Assembly (NCBI GenBank): GCA_947626035.1
Contig: CANQQR010000003.1
Location: forward strand, 7,603 to 71,602
DNA from: an uncultured Bacilli bacterium
GTDB taxonomy: Bacteria > Bacillota_I > Bacilli_A > RF39 > UBA660
Direction: 5' to 3'
DNA length: 64,000 nt
Part shown: positions 18,711-27,933 of the stretch, in pieces
Position numbering within the stretch: the first letter of the stretch is position 1
How the letters are laid out: every line of letters starts with the position of its first letter
Made by a program: the position numbers and the translations under genes
Notes under the pieces: generated by a model
Seen by the model: only the letters and a program-made list of their open reading frames with translations
Told to the model about the DNA's origin: nothing
Databases searched by the model: none

Positions 18711-19663
18711 TGATGCTAACTTGCCTAACTCTACTCATAATAGGATTAATAATTTTAATATTCTTTTCAGACGTATTTGTAGATGCAGCAAGTTCACTAT
18801 CAATAAAACTAAAAGTACCAAAAATGCTAGTCGCTCTAACAATCGCATCATTTGGAACCTGTGCACCAGAACTAGCAATATCATTTAACAGCATAAGAAC
18901 TGGAAACGTAGACATGACACTCGCAAACGTAATAGGTAGCTCAATAGTAAACATCCTCCTAATAGTCGGAATAGCCGCAATGGTAAAACCAATAAAAGTA
19001 AAAACAAGAACAATAAAAAAAGAATTACCAATACTAGTATTTATAACATTTGCATTTTTCATATTACTAAGCGACAGCGTATTTAAAAAAACAGCAATAA
19101 ATAACCTAACAAGACCCGAAGCCATAGTACTACTTGCCTGGTTCACGTTCTTTATATATTACATAATAACAGTAGTAAGAAAAGCAAAAAGTGAAGAAGA
19201 AGACACACCTAAATTCACATTAAAAGAATCAATAATACTAATTGCATCCAGCCTAGTAGCCATAGTAATAGCATCAGACATAGTAGTGGATAATGCAGTC
19301 TTACTAGCTGAAACCCTAGGAATAAGTCAAAAAATAATATCAATGACAATAATCGTAATAGGAACAAGCTTACCAGAACTAATCATGACAGTCGCATCCG
19401 CAAGACGTGGAGAATTTGACATGGCTGTAGGAAACATAATAGGAACAAACATCTTTAACATATGCATAGTCCTAGGCTTACCAGTAAGCATATATGGAAC
19501 CATAACAAGCCCATCATTTAACCTAGTAGACACATCAGTAGTACTACTAGCAGCAGTAATATTTTACATATTCGGAAGAAGCGATAAAGAACTATCAAGA
19601 CGCGAAGGTTTCCTAATGGTAATGGTATTTCTAATGTACTACCTATACATAATGCTAAACTAA
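18707..19663 (+). CDS. Na+/Ca2+ exchanger family (CaCA, YrbG-like) antiporter.
   Basis: Two alpha-repeat motifs: GTCAPELAISFNSIRTGNVDMTLANVIGSSIVNILL and GTSLPELIMTVASARRGEFDMAVGNIIGTNIFNI. ATGA overlap with the upstream gene. Confidence 0.85.
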   Translation: MMMLTCLTLLIIGLIILIFFSDVFVDAASSLSIKLKVPKMLVALTIASFGTCAPELAISFNSIRTGNVDMTLANVIGSSIVNILLIVGIAAMVKPIKVKTRTIKKELPILVFITFAFFILLSDSVFKKTAINNLTRPEAIVLLAWFTFFIYYIITVVRKAKSEEEDTPKFTLKESIILIASSLVAIVIASDIVVDNAVLLAETLGISQKIISMTIIVIGTSLPELIMTVASARRGEFDMAVGNIIGTNIFNICIVLGLPVSIYGTITSPSFNLVDTSVVLLAAVIFYIFGRSDKELSRREGFLMVMVFLMYYLYIMLN

Positions 19664-19668
19664 AACAA

Positions 19669-19696
19669 ATGTAACTAATCTGTTACATTTTTTCTT
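19669..19696 (+). terminator. Rho-independent terminator (ATGTAAC-taatct-GTTACAT + T-run).
   Basis: 7-bp stem followed by a T-run. Confidence 0.55.
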
Positions 19697-19746
19697 TACA
19701 TTTAACCCAATATAATGTTATAATACTTTAGGTTTTTAAAAAGAGG

Positions 19747-21564
19747 GTGACAAAAATGAATATAAGAAATGTAGCAATAATCGCGCATGTAGACCACGGT
19801 AAAACAACATTAGTAGATGAACTACTAAAACAAAGTGGAACATTTAGAGACAATGAAACACACGACGAAAGAGTAATGGACTCAAACGACATAGAAAAAG
19901 AAAGAGGAATAACTATACTTGCAAAAACAACTGCAGTACACTACAAAGACTACAAAATAAACATAGTAGACACACCAGGACACGCAGACTTTGGTGGCGA
20001 AGTTGAAAGAATAATGCACATGGTAGACGGTGTAATTCTTTTAGTAGACGCACGTGAAGGAACAATGCCTCAAACTAGGTTCGTTCTAAAAAAAGCATTA
20101 GATGCAAATCTAAAACCAATAGTAGTAATAAACAAAGTAGATAGAGAAAATGTAAGAATAAACGAAGTAATAGACGACGTACTAGAACTATTCATAGACT
20201 TAGGTGCAAACGACGAACAAATAGATTTCCCAGTAATATACGCAAGTGCACTAAACGGAACATCAAGTTACAGTGAAGACTTAACAACACAAAAGCACAC
20301 TATGGACCCAATATTTGAAACAATAATAAAAACAGTACCAGCACCATCTGGAGACCCAACTGCCCCACTAAAATTCCAACCAGCTCTACTAGACTATAAC
20401 GACTACGTAGGAAGAATGGGAATAGGAACAATAAAAGACGGAACAGTAAAAGTAGGACAAATGGTAAGCTGTGTAAGACTTGACGGAAGCATAAAACAAT
20501 TTAGAGTACAAAAACTATTTGGATTTACTGGAATAAAAAGAATAGAAATAGAAGAAGCTTCCGCAGGCGAAATAGTAGGAATATCAGGTCTTCCTGACAT
20601 ATCAGTAGGCGAAACAGTATGCTTAATAGGACACGAAGAAGCACTACCAATATTAAAAATAGAAGAACCAACACTACAAATGACATTTGGTGTAAACACA
20701 AGTCCATTTGCAGGACATGATGGAACACTACTAACAGCCAGAAAAATAGAAGAAAGACTAAAAAAAGAACTAGAAAGAGACGTATCACTAAGAGTAAAAC
20801 AACGTGATGCAGAAAGTTGGATTGTAAGTGGACGTGGCGAACTTCACTTATCAATATTAATAGAAAACATGCGCCGTGAAGGCTTTGAACTACAAGTATC
20901 AAAACCAGAAGTAATAATAAAAGAAATAGATGGAATAAAATACGAACCATACGAAGACGTACTAATCGAGTGTCCAAACGAAACAGTTGGAACAGTAATA
21001 GAAAGTTTAGCTCCTCGTGGAGGCGTAATGTCAAACATGAAAGCAGGAGACACAACAACAAAACTAGAATACGTAGTACCATCAAAAGGCCTAATAGGAT
21101 TTACAAACGAATTCATAATACTAACAAAAGGTTACGGAATAATAAACCATACATTTAAAGAATATGGTCCACTAACAAACACAAGTGTAGGAGAAAGAAA
21201 ACTAGGCGTACTAGTATCTATGGAAAACGGAAAAAGCACAAGCTACGCTCTAGGTGCATTAGAAGACAGAGGAATAATGTTTATCGAGCCAGGTGTAGAC
21301 GTATATGAAGGTATGATAGTAGGCGAAAACAATAGAGACAACGACTTAGCTGTAAACGTAGTAAAATCTAAAAACCTAACAAACACAAGAAGTGCAAGTA
21401 AAGATCACACAGTAGTTTTAAAAAGACCAAAAACACTAACACTAGAAATTGCTCTAGACTACATAAACTCTGACGAACTAGTAGAAGTAACACCTAAAAC
21501 ATTTAGACTAAGAAAAAAGATACTAAACACTGAACTAAGAAAAAAAGAAGACGCAAAAAAATAA
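19747..21564 (+). CDS. typA: Translational GTPase TypA/BipA.
   Basis: [30 protein letters not shown]1 motif, DTPGHADF and NKVDR. The 605-aa length is typical. Confidence 0.9.
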   Translation: MTKMNIRNVAIIAHVDHGKTTLVDELLKQSGTFRDNETHDERVMDSNDIEKERGITILAKTTAVHYKDYKINIVDTPGHADFGGEVERIMHMVDGVILLVDAREGTMPQTRFVLKKALDANLKPIVVINKVDRENVRINEVIDDVLELFIDLGANDEQIDFPVIYASALNGTSSYSEDLTTQKHTMDPIFETIIKTVPAPSGDPTAPLKFQPALLDYNDYVGRMGIGTIKDGTVKVGQMVSCVRLDGSIKQFRVQKLFGFTGIKRIEIEEASAGEIVGISGLPDISVGETVCLIGHEEALPILKIEEPTLQMTFGVNTSPFAGHDGTLLTARKIEERLKKELERDVSLRVKQRDAESWIVSGRGELHLSILIENMRREGFELQVSKPEVIIKEIDGIKYEPYEDVLIECPNETVGTVIESLAPRGGVMSNMKAGDTTTKLEYVVPSKGLIGFTNEFIILTKGYGIINHTFKEYGPLTNTSVGERKLGVLVSMENGKSTSYALGALEDRGIMFIEPGVDVYEGMIVGENNRDNDLAVNVVKSKNLTNTRSASKDHTVVLKRPKTLTLEIALDYINSDELVEVTPKTFRLRKKILNTELRKKEDAKK

Positions 21565-21585
21565 ACCAAAGGTTGTTGATAAACA

Positions 21586-22188
21586 ATGAAAATAAACTAT
21601 GACCTCGAACTAGAAAAAATAATAAAAGAAAACAAAGAAAAAAACATAAAACCTAAACTACTCTTACACTCTTGCTGTGCTCCCTGTTCATCATCAGTAA
21701 TAGAAAGACTAAGTGATAATTTCCAAATAACAATATACTACTATAACCCAAACATAGAACCAGAAACAGAATATATATTAAGAAAAAATGAACAAAAAAA
21801 ATTCATAAAAGAACTAAACAAAAACATAGACTTTCTAGACTGTGACTACGATAACGAAAACTTTAAAAAAATATCATGTGGCCTAGAAAACTTAAAAGAA
21901 GGTGGCTATAGATGTCATAAATGCTACACACTAAGACTAGAATCCACTGCACAAAAAGCAAAAAGTCTAGGCTATGACTATTTTGGAACAACACTAACAG
22001 TAAGTCCATACAAAAACAGCACAGTACTAAATGAAATAGGTAAAGAAATAGAAACAAAATTAAACATTAAATATCTATACTCTGACTTTAAGAAAAAAGA
22101 TGGCTACAAAAGATCAATAGAACTATCAAAAAAATACAACTTATATAGACAAAACTACTGTGGATGTAACTACTCAAAAAGAATATAA
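21586..22188 (+). CDS. queH: Epoxyqueuosine reductase QueH (DUF208).
   Basis: LLLHSCCAPCSS motif plus the downstream Cys cluster (CGCNY). About 200 aa. Confidence 0.8.
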   Translation: MKINYDLELEKIIKENKEKNIKPKLLLHSCCAPCSSSVIERLSDNFQITIYYYNPNIEPETEYILRKNEQKKFIKELNKNIDFLDCDYDNENFKKISCGLENLKEGGYRCHKCYTLRLESTAQKAKSLGYDYFGTTLTVSPYKNSTVLNEIGKEIETKLNIKYLYSDFKKKDGYKRSIELSKKYNLYRQNYCGCNYSKRI

Positions 22189-22288
22189 ATAAAAATATAA
22201 AATTAACATCAAGAATAATCAAATTTTAACAAATACCTTGTATAAAATCAAAAATTTTATTATAATAATTTATAGTAGGTGAATACAA

Positions 22289-22927
22289 GTGAAGAATACA
22301 AAAGGGTATAAAATATTTAACTTTATAATGAAAATAATTTCCTGGTGTATAATGACTATTTTATTACTTATAGGCTTATTCCTAATAACTTACATAATAA
22401 TAAACAAAGCATCACAAGCAAAAGGAGAAAACTCACCAATAGGACTTTATACAATAATAAGTGGTAGTATGACGCCAAAAATACAAGTATACGATGTTGT
22501 ATTTGTAATGAAAAAAGATCCTAATGAAATTGAGCCTGGAGATATAATCTCTTATTATAGTGAAAAAACTCAAATATTTGGAACAACGCCAGTAACACAC
22601 AGAGTAGTAGAAAAATTTAATACAAACAATGGTATAACATTCAGAACCAAAGGGGATGCAAATCCAACAGTTGATGATGAAATAATAAAAAGTGAAAACG
22701 TAATAGGAACAGTAAGATTTATAATACCAGCACTAGGTAGATTACAATTCTTCCTAGCAAGCAAAGCAGGATGGCTAATAGTAATACTAATTCCAGCATT
22801 AGGTATAATAATTTATGACATTATAAAGTTATTTAAACTAATAAAAGTAAAAAATAAAATGGATGAAGTAAACAAACTAACAAATGAAGAACCAAAAATA
22901 ACTACAAGAACAAAAAAACGTAGATAA
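22289..22927 (+). CDS. sipW: Signal peptidase I, SipW-type (S26B).
   Basis: IISGSMTPKIQVYDVVFV matches the SGSMEP catalytic Ser motif. N- and C-terminal TM helices. GTG start with aggtga RBS; the ATG at 22328 is an alternative start. Confidence 0.75.
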   Translation: MKNTKGYKIFNFIMKIISWCIMTILLLIGLFLITYIIINKASQAKGENSPIGLYTIISGSMTPKIQVYDVVFVMKKDPNEIEPGDIISYYSEKTQIFGTTPVTHRVVEKFNTNNGITFRTKGDANPTVDDEIIKSENVIGTVRFIIPALGRLQFFLASKAGWLIVILIPALGIIIYDIIKLFKLIKVKNKMDEVNKLTNEEPKITTRTKKRR

Positions 22928-22951
22928 CCTAAGATATTTCTTAGGTTTTTA
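22927..22951 (+). terminator. Rho-independent terminator (ACCTAAG-atattt-CTTAGGT + TTTTT).
   Basis: Read directly. Followed by ttgaca at 22953. Confidence 0.55.
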
Positions 22952-23000
22952 ATTGACAACCAAAGTAAAAAATGATACTTTAAACTTATGGGGGAACAAC

Positions 23001-23444
23001 ATGAACAAAAGAATTTTTTATCTATCACTAGAAATAGTATTACTAATAATATTTATAATATTATCTTACATATGGTGGGAAATATTTAACCAAGACAAAT
23101 CAGCGCAAATAGCAGACTACTATAATAATAAACTAACAATAAACACACAACAAACAAAAAACAAAAACATAAACCTAACCATAAACAATAAAAGTAAACT
23201 AAAAAAAGAATATAACTTATATTTAAAATACGATAACAATAATAACATAGATAAAAATAACTTAAAAATATCACTAAATAACAAAACATATAACTTAACT
23301 AAATTAGAAAACTTCACAAAAGGAAACTTCACATACTACCTAATTAACACATACATGATAAAATCAAATACACAAAACAATTATGACATACATATATACC
23401 CAAATGAAAATTTAAACATCAATTTTAACATAGAAGAACTATAA
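23001..23444 (+). CDS. Small N-terminally anchored protein with a SipW-cognate-like signal (possible TapA-like accessory / minor matrix component).
   Basis: ATG at 23001 with a ggggga RBS; the ORF track's upstream start at 22953 is less likely. A hydrophobic segment is followed by LSYIWWEIFNQ. Confidence 0.5.
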   Translation: MNKRIFYLSLEIVLLIIFIILSYIWWEIFNQDKSAQIADYYNNKLTINTQQTKNKNINLTINNKSKLKKEYNLYLKYDNNNNIDKNNLKISLNNKTYNLTKLENFTKGNFTYYLINTYMIKSNTQNNYDIHIYPNENLNINFNIEEL

Positions 23445-23577
23445 AAATTAACAAATTTAAGTTTATTTAACAAAAAAGTGCAAAAAATATATAGAGATAA
23501 CTTTTTACATCTTGATAAAACTAAAAAAATATTATAAAATTATAATGATAGTAAAAATAGCAAGCGGGGAAAATGAT

Positions 23578-24228
23578 ATGGGATTAGAAAAATTAATAAA
23601 AAGAGAAATTAGTATAACCATAGCAACTGTATTGTTAGTAACGACAATATTTATAATGTTTTCTTATGCAATATTTAAAGTGGAAGATGAGGGAGACCCA
23701 AACACTATAACTTTTGGTAAAATTGAAATGGCGTTTTGTAAAGATGCAACTTGTAATGATAAACTTACAAATATCGGTAATATAATCGGAACCAAAACAG
23801 TAGATGGTGTATCAAGTTACGTTCCAATTTACCCACAAACATTACCTATAGATTATGACTCATTAGAGCCTTACATATTTACACTAACAAATACTGGAGA
23901 TTTACCATTATATGTAAAAGTATATCTAGAAAGAGATGAAACACCTGGTATACCATTAACTCATGATGGAAAACAATATTCAGAAAAAGTAGATAACAAT
24001 CAAATACAAGTAGCTTTTGGTGAACAAGGTGTAGATCCAACATCAAAAAATTATGAAGAAGTAGCAAATGCTGAAAATTTACTAGCAGATAGCATAACAT
24101 TAAATGCAAAACAAACAAAAACATTTAGGTTATACGCATGGCTAGTACCAGATGCACAAAATAGTAGCCAAGGAAAAATATTTGTAACAAAAATAAGTGC
24201 AAGAGGAGAATATATTCCAGAACAATAA
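23578..24228 (+). CDS. TasA/camelysin-like (Peptidase_M73-like) secreted protein with a SipW-cognate-type signal.
   Basis: ATG at 23578 with a gcgggga RBS. The signal ends FSYAIFKVEDEG. The mature region has LTNTGDLPLYVKVYL, which is TasA-like. Located immediately downstream of sipW. Confidence 0.55.
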   Translation: MGLEKLIKREISITIATVLLVTTIFIMFSYAIFKVEDEGDPNTITFGKIEMAFCKDATCNDKLTNIGNIIGTKTVDGVSSYVPIYPQTLPIDYDSLEPYIFTLTNTGDLPLYVKVYLERDETPGIPLTHDGKQYSEKVDNNQIQVAFGEQGVDPTSKNYEEVANAENLLADSITLNAKQTKTFRLYAWLVPDAQNSSQGKIFVTKISARGEYIPEQ

Positions 24229-24258
24229 AACATTTAGACAACTAATCTAAATGTTTTT
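24229..24258. terminator. Bidirectional terminator (ATTTAGA-caactaa-TCTAAAT + T-run) between convergent genes.
   Basis: Read directly. Confidence 0.5.
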
Positions 24259-25051
24259 CTATTATAGAAATAAATTTATAAAAAATTAAAGACATAATTA
24301 AAAGAATAATAATACCTGACATAACTAAATTTAAATTAAAAACCTGACTACCATATAAAATCAAATAACCAATTCCAGCCTTACTAGTCAAAAATTCTCC
24401 CATAACGACACCAATCATTGAAAGCCCTATATTAATTTTAAAAGTATTTATAATAACTTTATAATTACTAGGAATAACTGCTAACCTTAAAATATCTACT
24501 TCACTAGCCCCAAAACTTTTCAAAATCTTAATTCTATTCTTATTAGTATTTTTAAAACCAACATAAATTGACTGAATACTAACAATTAAAGAAATCAAAA
24601 TAGCCATCAAAATAATACTTCTATCATTAGCGCCAACCCAAATAATCAAAATAGGCCCAAGAGCTACTTTAGGTAAACTATTAAAAATAGTCAAATATGG
24701 ATCAATAACCCTAGCTAAAAAATCACTCTCATAAAGTATTACAGAAACCACAATACTTATAAAACCAGTAATCAGAAAAGAAATTAAAATCTCTTTCAAA
24801 GTAATAAAAATATGCTTTAATAACTCTCCATTCTTAAAAAGATTAACAATACAAGAAACAATTCTACTTGGACAACTTGTAATAAACGAATTAATAATAC
24901 CATTCCTAGCAAGCACTTCCCAACATACAACTAAACTAACACCAATAAACAACTGAAAAAATAAAATTAAAAACTTTCTTAACTTATATTTTCTTAAAAA
25001 TCTTCTTTGCTTCTCACTTATCGCCATCAATATCCCTCCACAATAATTCAT
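24242..25051 (-). CDS. ABC transporter permease (NitT/TauT family; SsuC/TauC-like).
   Basis: BPD_transp_1-type membrane protein with the conserved EAA-like region (SLPKVALGPILIIWVGAND). Confidence 0.8.
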   Translation of the reverse strand: MNYCGGILMAISEKQRRFLRKYKLRKFLILFFQLFIGVSLVVCWEVLARNGIINSFITSCPSRIVSCIVNLFKNGELLKHIFITLKEILISFLITGFISIVVSVILYESDFLARVIDPYLTIFNSLPKVALGPILIIWVGANDRSIILMAILISLIVSIQSIYVGFKNTNKNRIKILKSFGASEVDILRLAVIPSNYKVIINTFKINIGLSMIGVVMGEFLTSKAGIGYLILYGSQVFNLNLVMSGIIILLIMSLIFYKFISIIEKHLD

Positions 25052-25763
25052 AATAATGAGTAAACTCTTTAGCTGTCCTATTATGAATTGGTGTAGATTT
25101 ATCTGTTAACTTAATATCATAAATATTCTTAATCCGAGTAGGCCTATTAGTTAAAACCAAAGCTCTATCAGACATAGAAACAGTCTCTCCAACATCATGT
25201 GAAACCATAATAACCGTAATACCTTCACTCTTTATTATATTATAAATATCGTCACTAACTTTAAGCCTACTTTGATAATCAAGTGCTGAAAAAGGTTCGT
25301 CTAAAAAAATCAAATCAGGTTTAGTTGCAATAGTCCTAATAAGCGCAACTCTTTGCTTTTGTCCACCAGACAAATTACTAACCTTAGTATTAATAAAATC
25401 CTTAAGCCCATACTTACATAATAAATTCTTAACATACAAACTACTTTCCTTAGTCAATTTCTTTCTTACCTTAAGCCCTAACACAGCATTATCATAAACA
25501 CTAAGCCAAGGAAACAACCCATCATCCTGAGTCATATAACTAGAACTAACCCCATGAGCAAAATTAATACTTCCTGAATAATCATTTTCAAGTCCTGCTA
25601 AAATATTTAAAATCGTAGACTTACCACATCCAGATGGACCAATAATAGATAAAAATTCTCCTCTATAAATATCTAAAGAAAAGTTACTAACAGCCTCAAC
25701 TTCACCATCTAAACTATTGTAACTTTTACACAAATTTCTAACAGATAAAATAATATTATTCAT
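25014..25763 (-). CDS. ABC transporter ATP-binding protein (NitT/TauT family; SsuB/TauB-like).
   Basis: Walker A GPSGCGKST, signature LSGGQKQRVALIR, Walker B IFLDEPFSALD. Confidence 0.9.
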   Translation of the reverse strand: MNNIILSVRNLCKSYNSLDGEVEAVSNFSLDIYRGEFLSIIGPSGCGKSTILNILAGLENDYSGSINFAHGVSSSYMTQDDGLFPWLSVYDNAVLGLKVRKKLTKESSLYVKNLLCKYGLKDFINTKVSNLSGGQKQRVALIRTIATKPDLIFLDEPFSALDYQSRLKVSDDIYNIIKSEGITVIMVSHDVGETVSMSDRALVLTNRPTRIKNIYDIKLTDKSTPIHNRTAKEFTHYYELLWRDIDGDK

Positions 25764-26170
25764 TAAAAGAATTATCTACTATCAAATCAAAATCTACTCT
25801 CTTATCTAAAGCATCATTATATTCCATCAAATCAAGTAAATTATTATAAGCATTCTCACTTATATAAGAACTATTCCACCATGAATCAGCATCCTTATAT
25901 CTTTTAACAGCCTTAACTAAATCATCAAAATTAGTATCTGGAAACTCATCTTTAATAGCAAGCGCTATATCTTTATCACTACTATTATGAACAAAATCTA
26001 AAGACTCATTAATAGCCTTAGTAAATTTTTCTATAATATCTTTATTATTCTTAATATAACTTTTCTTAGCATTAAAAACTGTATAAGGTACTTCGCCACT
26101 CATAAGCCCTAAAGATGCAAGCACGCAACCATACCCCTCTTTCTCCAAATTGAGTGCATTAGGTTCCCTA
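25756..26170 (-). pseudogene. C-terminal fragment of an NMT1/SsuA-like ABC substrate-binding protein gene, separated from its N-terminal part by the integrated element.
   Basis: The reading frame continues upstream of the annotated Met through TFREPNALNLEKEGYGCVLASLGL (NMT1-like WEP...LEKEG region). The N-terminal part is at 29705-30329. Confidence 0.6.
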
Positions 26171-26235
26171 AATGTAACGATAAGAATTTTCCTAAACATA
26201 AAATTAAATTTCCAACATAACCTTATACCAAGGAT

Positions 26236-26421
26236 GTGATAAAAATTAATAAACTATTAAAAAATAAATATGAATTATATCTAGAACTTGCACTAACAAT
26301 AAACAAAAACATGTATAACGATAAAACAATAACATATCAAACATATAAACAAACAGAAGATAATTTACTAGAAAAAATCAAAAATAATAATGTAAAAGAT
26401 GTAGCCAAACTTCCACAATAG
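26236..26421 (+). CDS. Small hypothetical ORF (61 aa) inside the element. The stop codon lies in a hairpin arm.
   Basis: ORF only; no motif. Confidence 0.25.
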   Translation: MIKINKLLKNKYELYLELALTINKNMYNDKTITYQTYKQTEDNLLEKIKNNNVKDVAKLPQ

Positions 26422-26455
26422 ATTGACTGGTGTGGAAGTTTAGTTTATAATATAA

Positions 26456-27007
26456 TTGGTGGTTAAAATGATAATTTCATATAAAGAATTAAAAAAACAA
26501 TATAATTATAGAGAAATACAAAAATTATTAAACGAAAATAAAATATATAAAATTGAAAAAGGAATATATAGTAATACAAAAAATATAAACTATCTAGAAC
26601 TAATTAATTTTAAATACCCTAATGCAATTTTTACATTAGAAAGTGCTTTCTATTACCATGACCTTACTGACGTAATTCCAGAAAAAACCGTATTAGCAAT
26701 AAAAAGAGACAGTTGTAAATACATAAACAAAAACATTAAATTTGTATCAACTATTGAAAAGTATTTTAATATAGGAAAAACATCAATAATAGTTGACGGA
26801 ATTAAAATAAAAATATATGATAAAGAACGAATGTTAATCGAGCTTATTAGAAATAGAAATTCATATGGATTTGACTACTATAAAGAAATAATAAACAACT
26901 ATAGAAAAATAAAAGAAAAATTAGATATAAGTAAAATAACTAATTACATAAGCATATTCCCAAATGAAAAACATTTATATGAAATTATCATGAAAGAGGT
27001 ATATTAA
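26456..27007 (+). CDS. abiEi: AbiEi-family antitoxin / transcriptional regulator (type IV TA, abortive infection).
   Basis: N-terminal YKIEKGIYSN (AbiEi_4-like GxY motif). Immediately precedes and overlaps (ATGA-type TAATG) an AbiEii-like gene. The 183-aa size is typical. Confidence 0.55.
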   Translation: MVVKMIISYKELKKQYNYREIQKLLNENKIYKIEKGIYSNTKNINYLELINFKYPNAIFTLESAFYYHDLTDVIPEKTVLAIKRDSCKYINKNIKFVSTIEKYFNIGKTSIIVDGIKIKIYDKERMLIELIRNRNSYGFDYYKEIINNYRKIKEKLDISKITNYISIFPNEKHLYEIIMKEVY

Positions 27008-27822
27008 TGAATTTAACAGACGAAGTACAAAAATATTTAAACAAAGGATTTTCAAATGCTTTAGCAATTTCAAAAGTTTGCCAAGACATCATACTTTATA
27101 AAATTAGCAAAAATAATATGAGTGATAAAGTAACTATTAAAGGTGGAGTCGTAATGATGCAATTATCAAAAGACAATCGTCGCGCAACAAGAGACCTAGA
27201 TATAGACTTTATAAAATATTCATTAAGTGATAAAGCAATAAAAATATTCATAGATAAAATTAGTGATAACGATATCAAATTATCAATAAAAAGCATCAGT
27301 GAATTAAAACAATTAGACTATAAAGGAAAGAGAATTTATTTAGAAATATTAGATAATTATAATAATAAACTAGAAACTAAAATAGATTTAGGCGTTCACA
27401 AATACCTTGAAATAAAACAAGAAAATATGTATTTTGATTTAAACATTATTGATGATACTGTCTCACTTTTAGCAAACTCTCCTGAACAAATATTCACAGA
27501 AAAACTAAAATCCCTTTTAAGGTTTAAAATAACTTCAACAAGATACAAAGACATATTTGATTTCTATTACTTAATAAACGAAACAAACTTTAATAAAGAA
27601 AAATGCTTAACTTACATCAATAAATTAATATTATCAAGTAAAAACACATCAATAAAAAATATTCAAGACTTATATAAAATATTATCAGAAACACTAAACA
27701 ATAAACAATTTCAAAACATGTTAAAACAAGCAAATAATAATTGGTTAGGACTACCTGTTAATGAAGTTGTAAAAAGCATATTAGAGTTTATTAAAAACTT
27801 AGAAAACATAACAGTTAAATAA
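27007..27822 (+). CDS. abiEii: AbiEii/AbiGii-family nucleotidyltransferase toxin (DUF1814).
   Basis: IKGGVVMMQLSKDNRRATRDLDIDF matches the AbiEii GG...R.S.DLDF NTase motif. About 270 aa. Confidence 0.7.
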   Translation: MNLTDEVQKYLNKGFSNALAISKVCQDIILYKISKNNMSDKVTIKGGVVMMQLSKDNRRATRDLDIDFIKYSLSDKAIKIFIDKISDNDIKLSIKSISELKQLDYKGKRIYLEILDNYNNKLETKIDLGVHKYLEIKQENMYFDLNIIDDTVSLLANSPEQIFTEKLKSLLRFKITSTRYKDIFDFYYLINETNFNKEKCLTYINKLILSSKNTSIKNIQDLYKILSETLNNKQFQNMLKQANNNWLGLPVNEVVKSILEFIKNLENITVK

Positions 27823-27933
27823 AATATAAGATGTAACCAAGTTTCCACAATAATCAAAACACTGTGGAAGTTTAACTACAAACATAAAATTCTAACATTT
27901 AACATTAAATATTAAATGAAAGAGGAATGTTAA

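Noticed and set aside
20970-21158. 62-aa + strand ORF inside typA
   Set aside because: Out-of-frame overlap within a highly conserved gene; Arg/Lys-rich low-complexity translation.
26236-26421. 61-aa ORF as excisionase / recombination directionality factor of the element
   Set aside because: No HTH or recognisable motif. It might simply be a remnant; kept only as a low-confidence feature.
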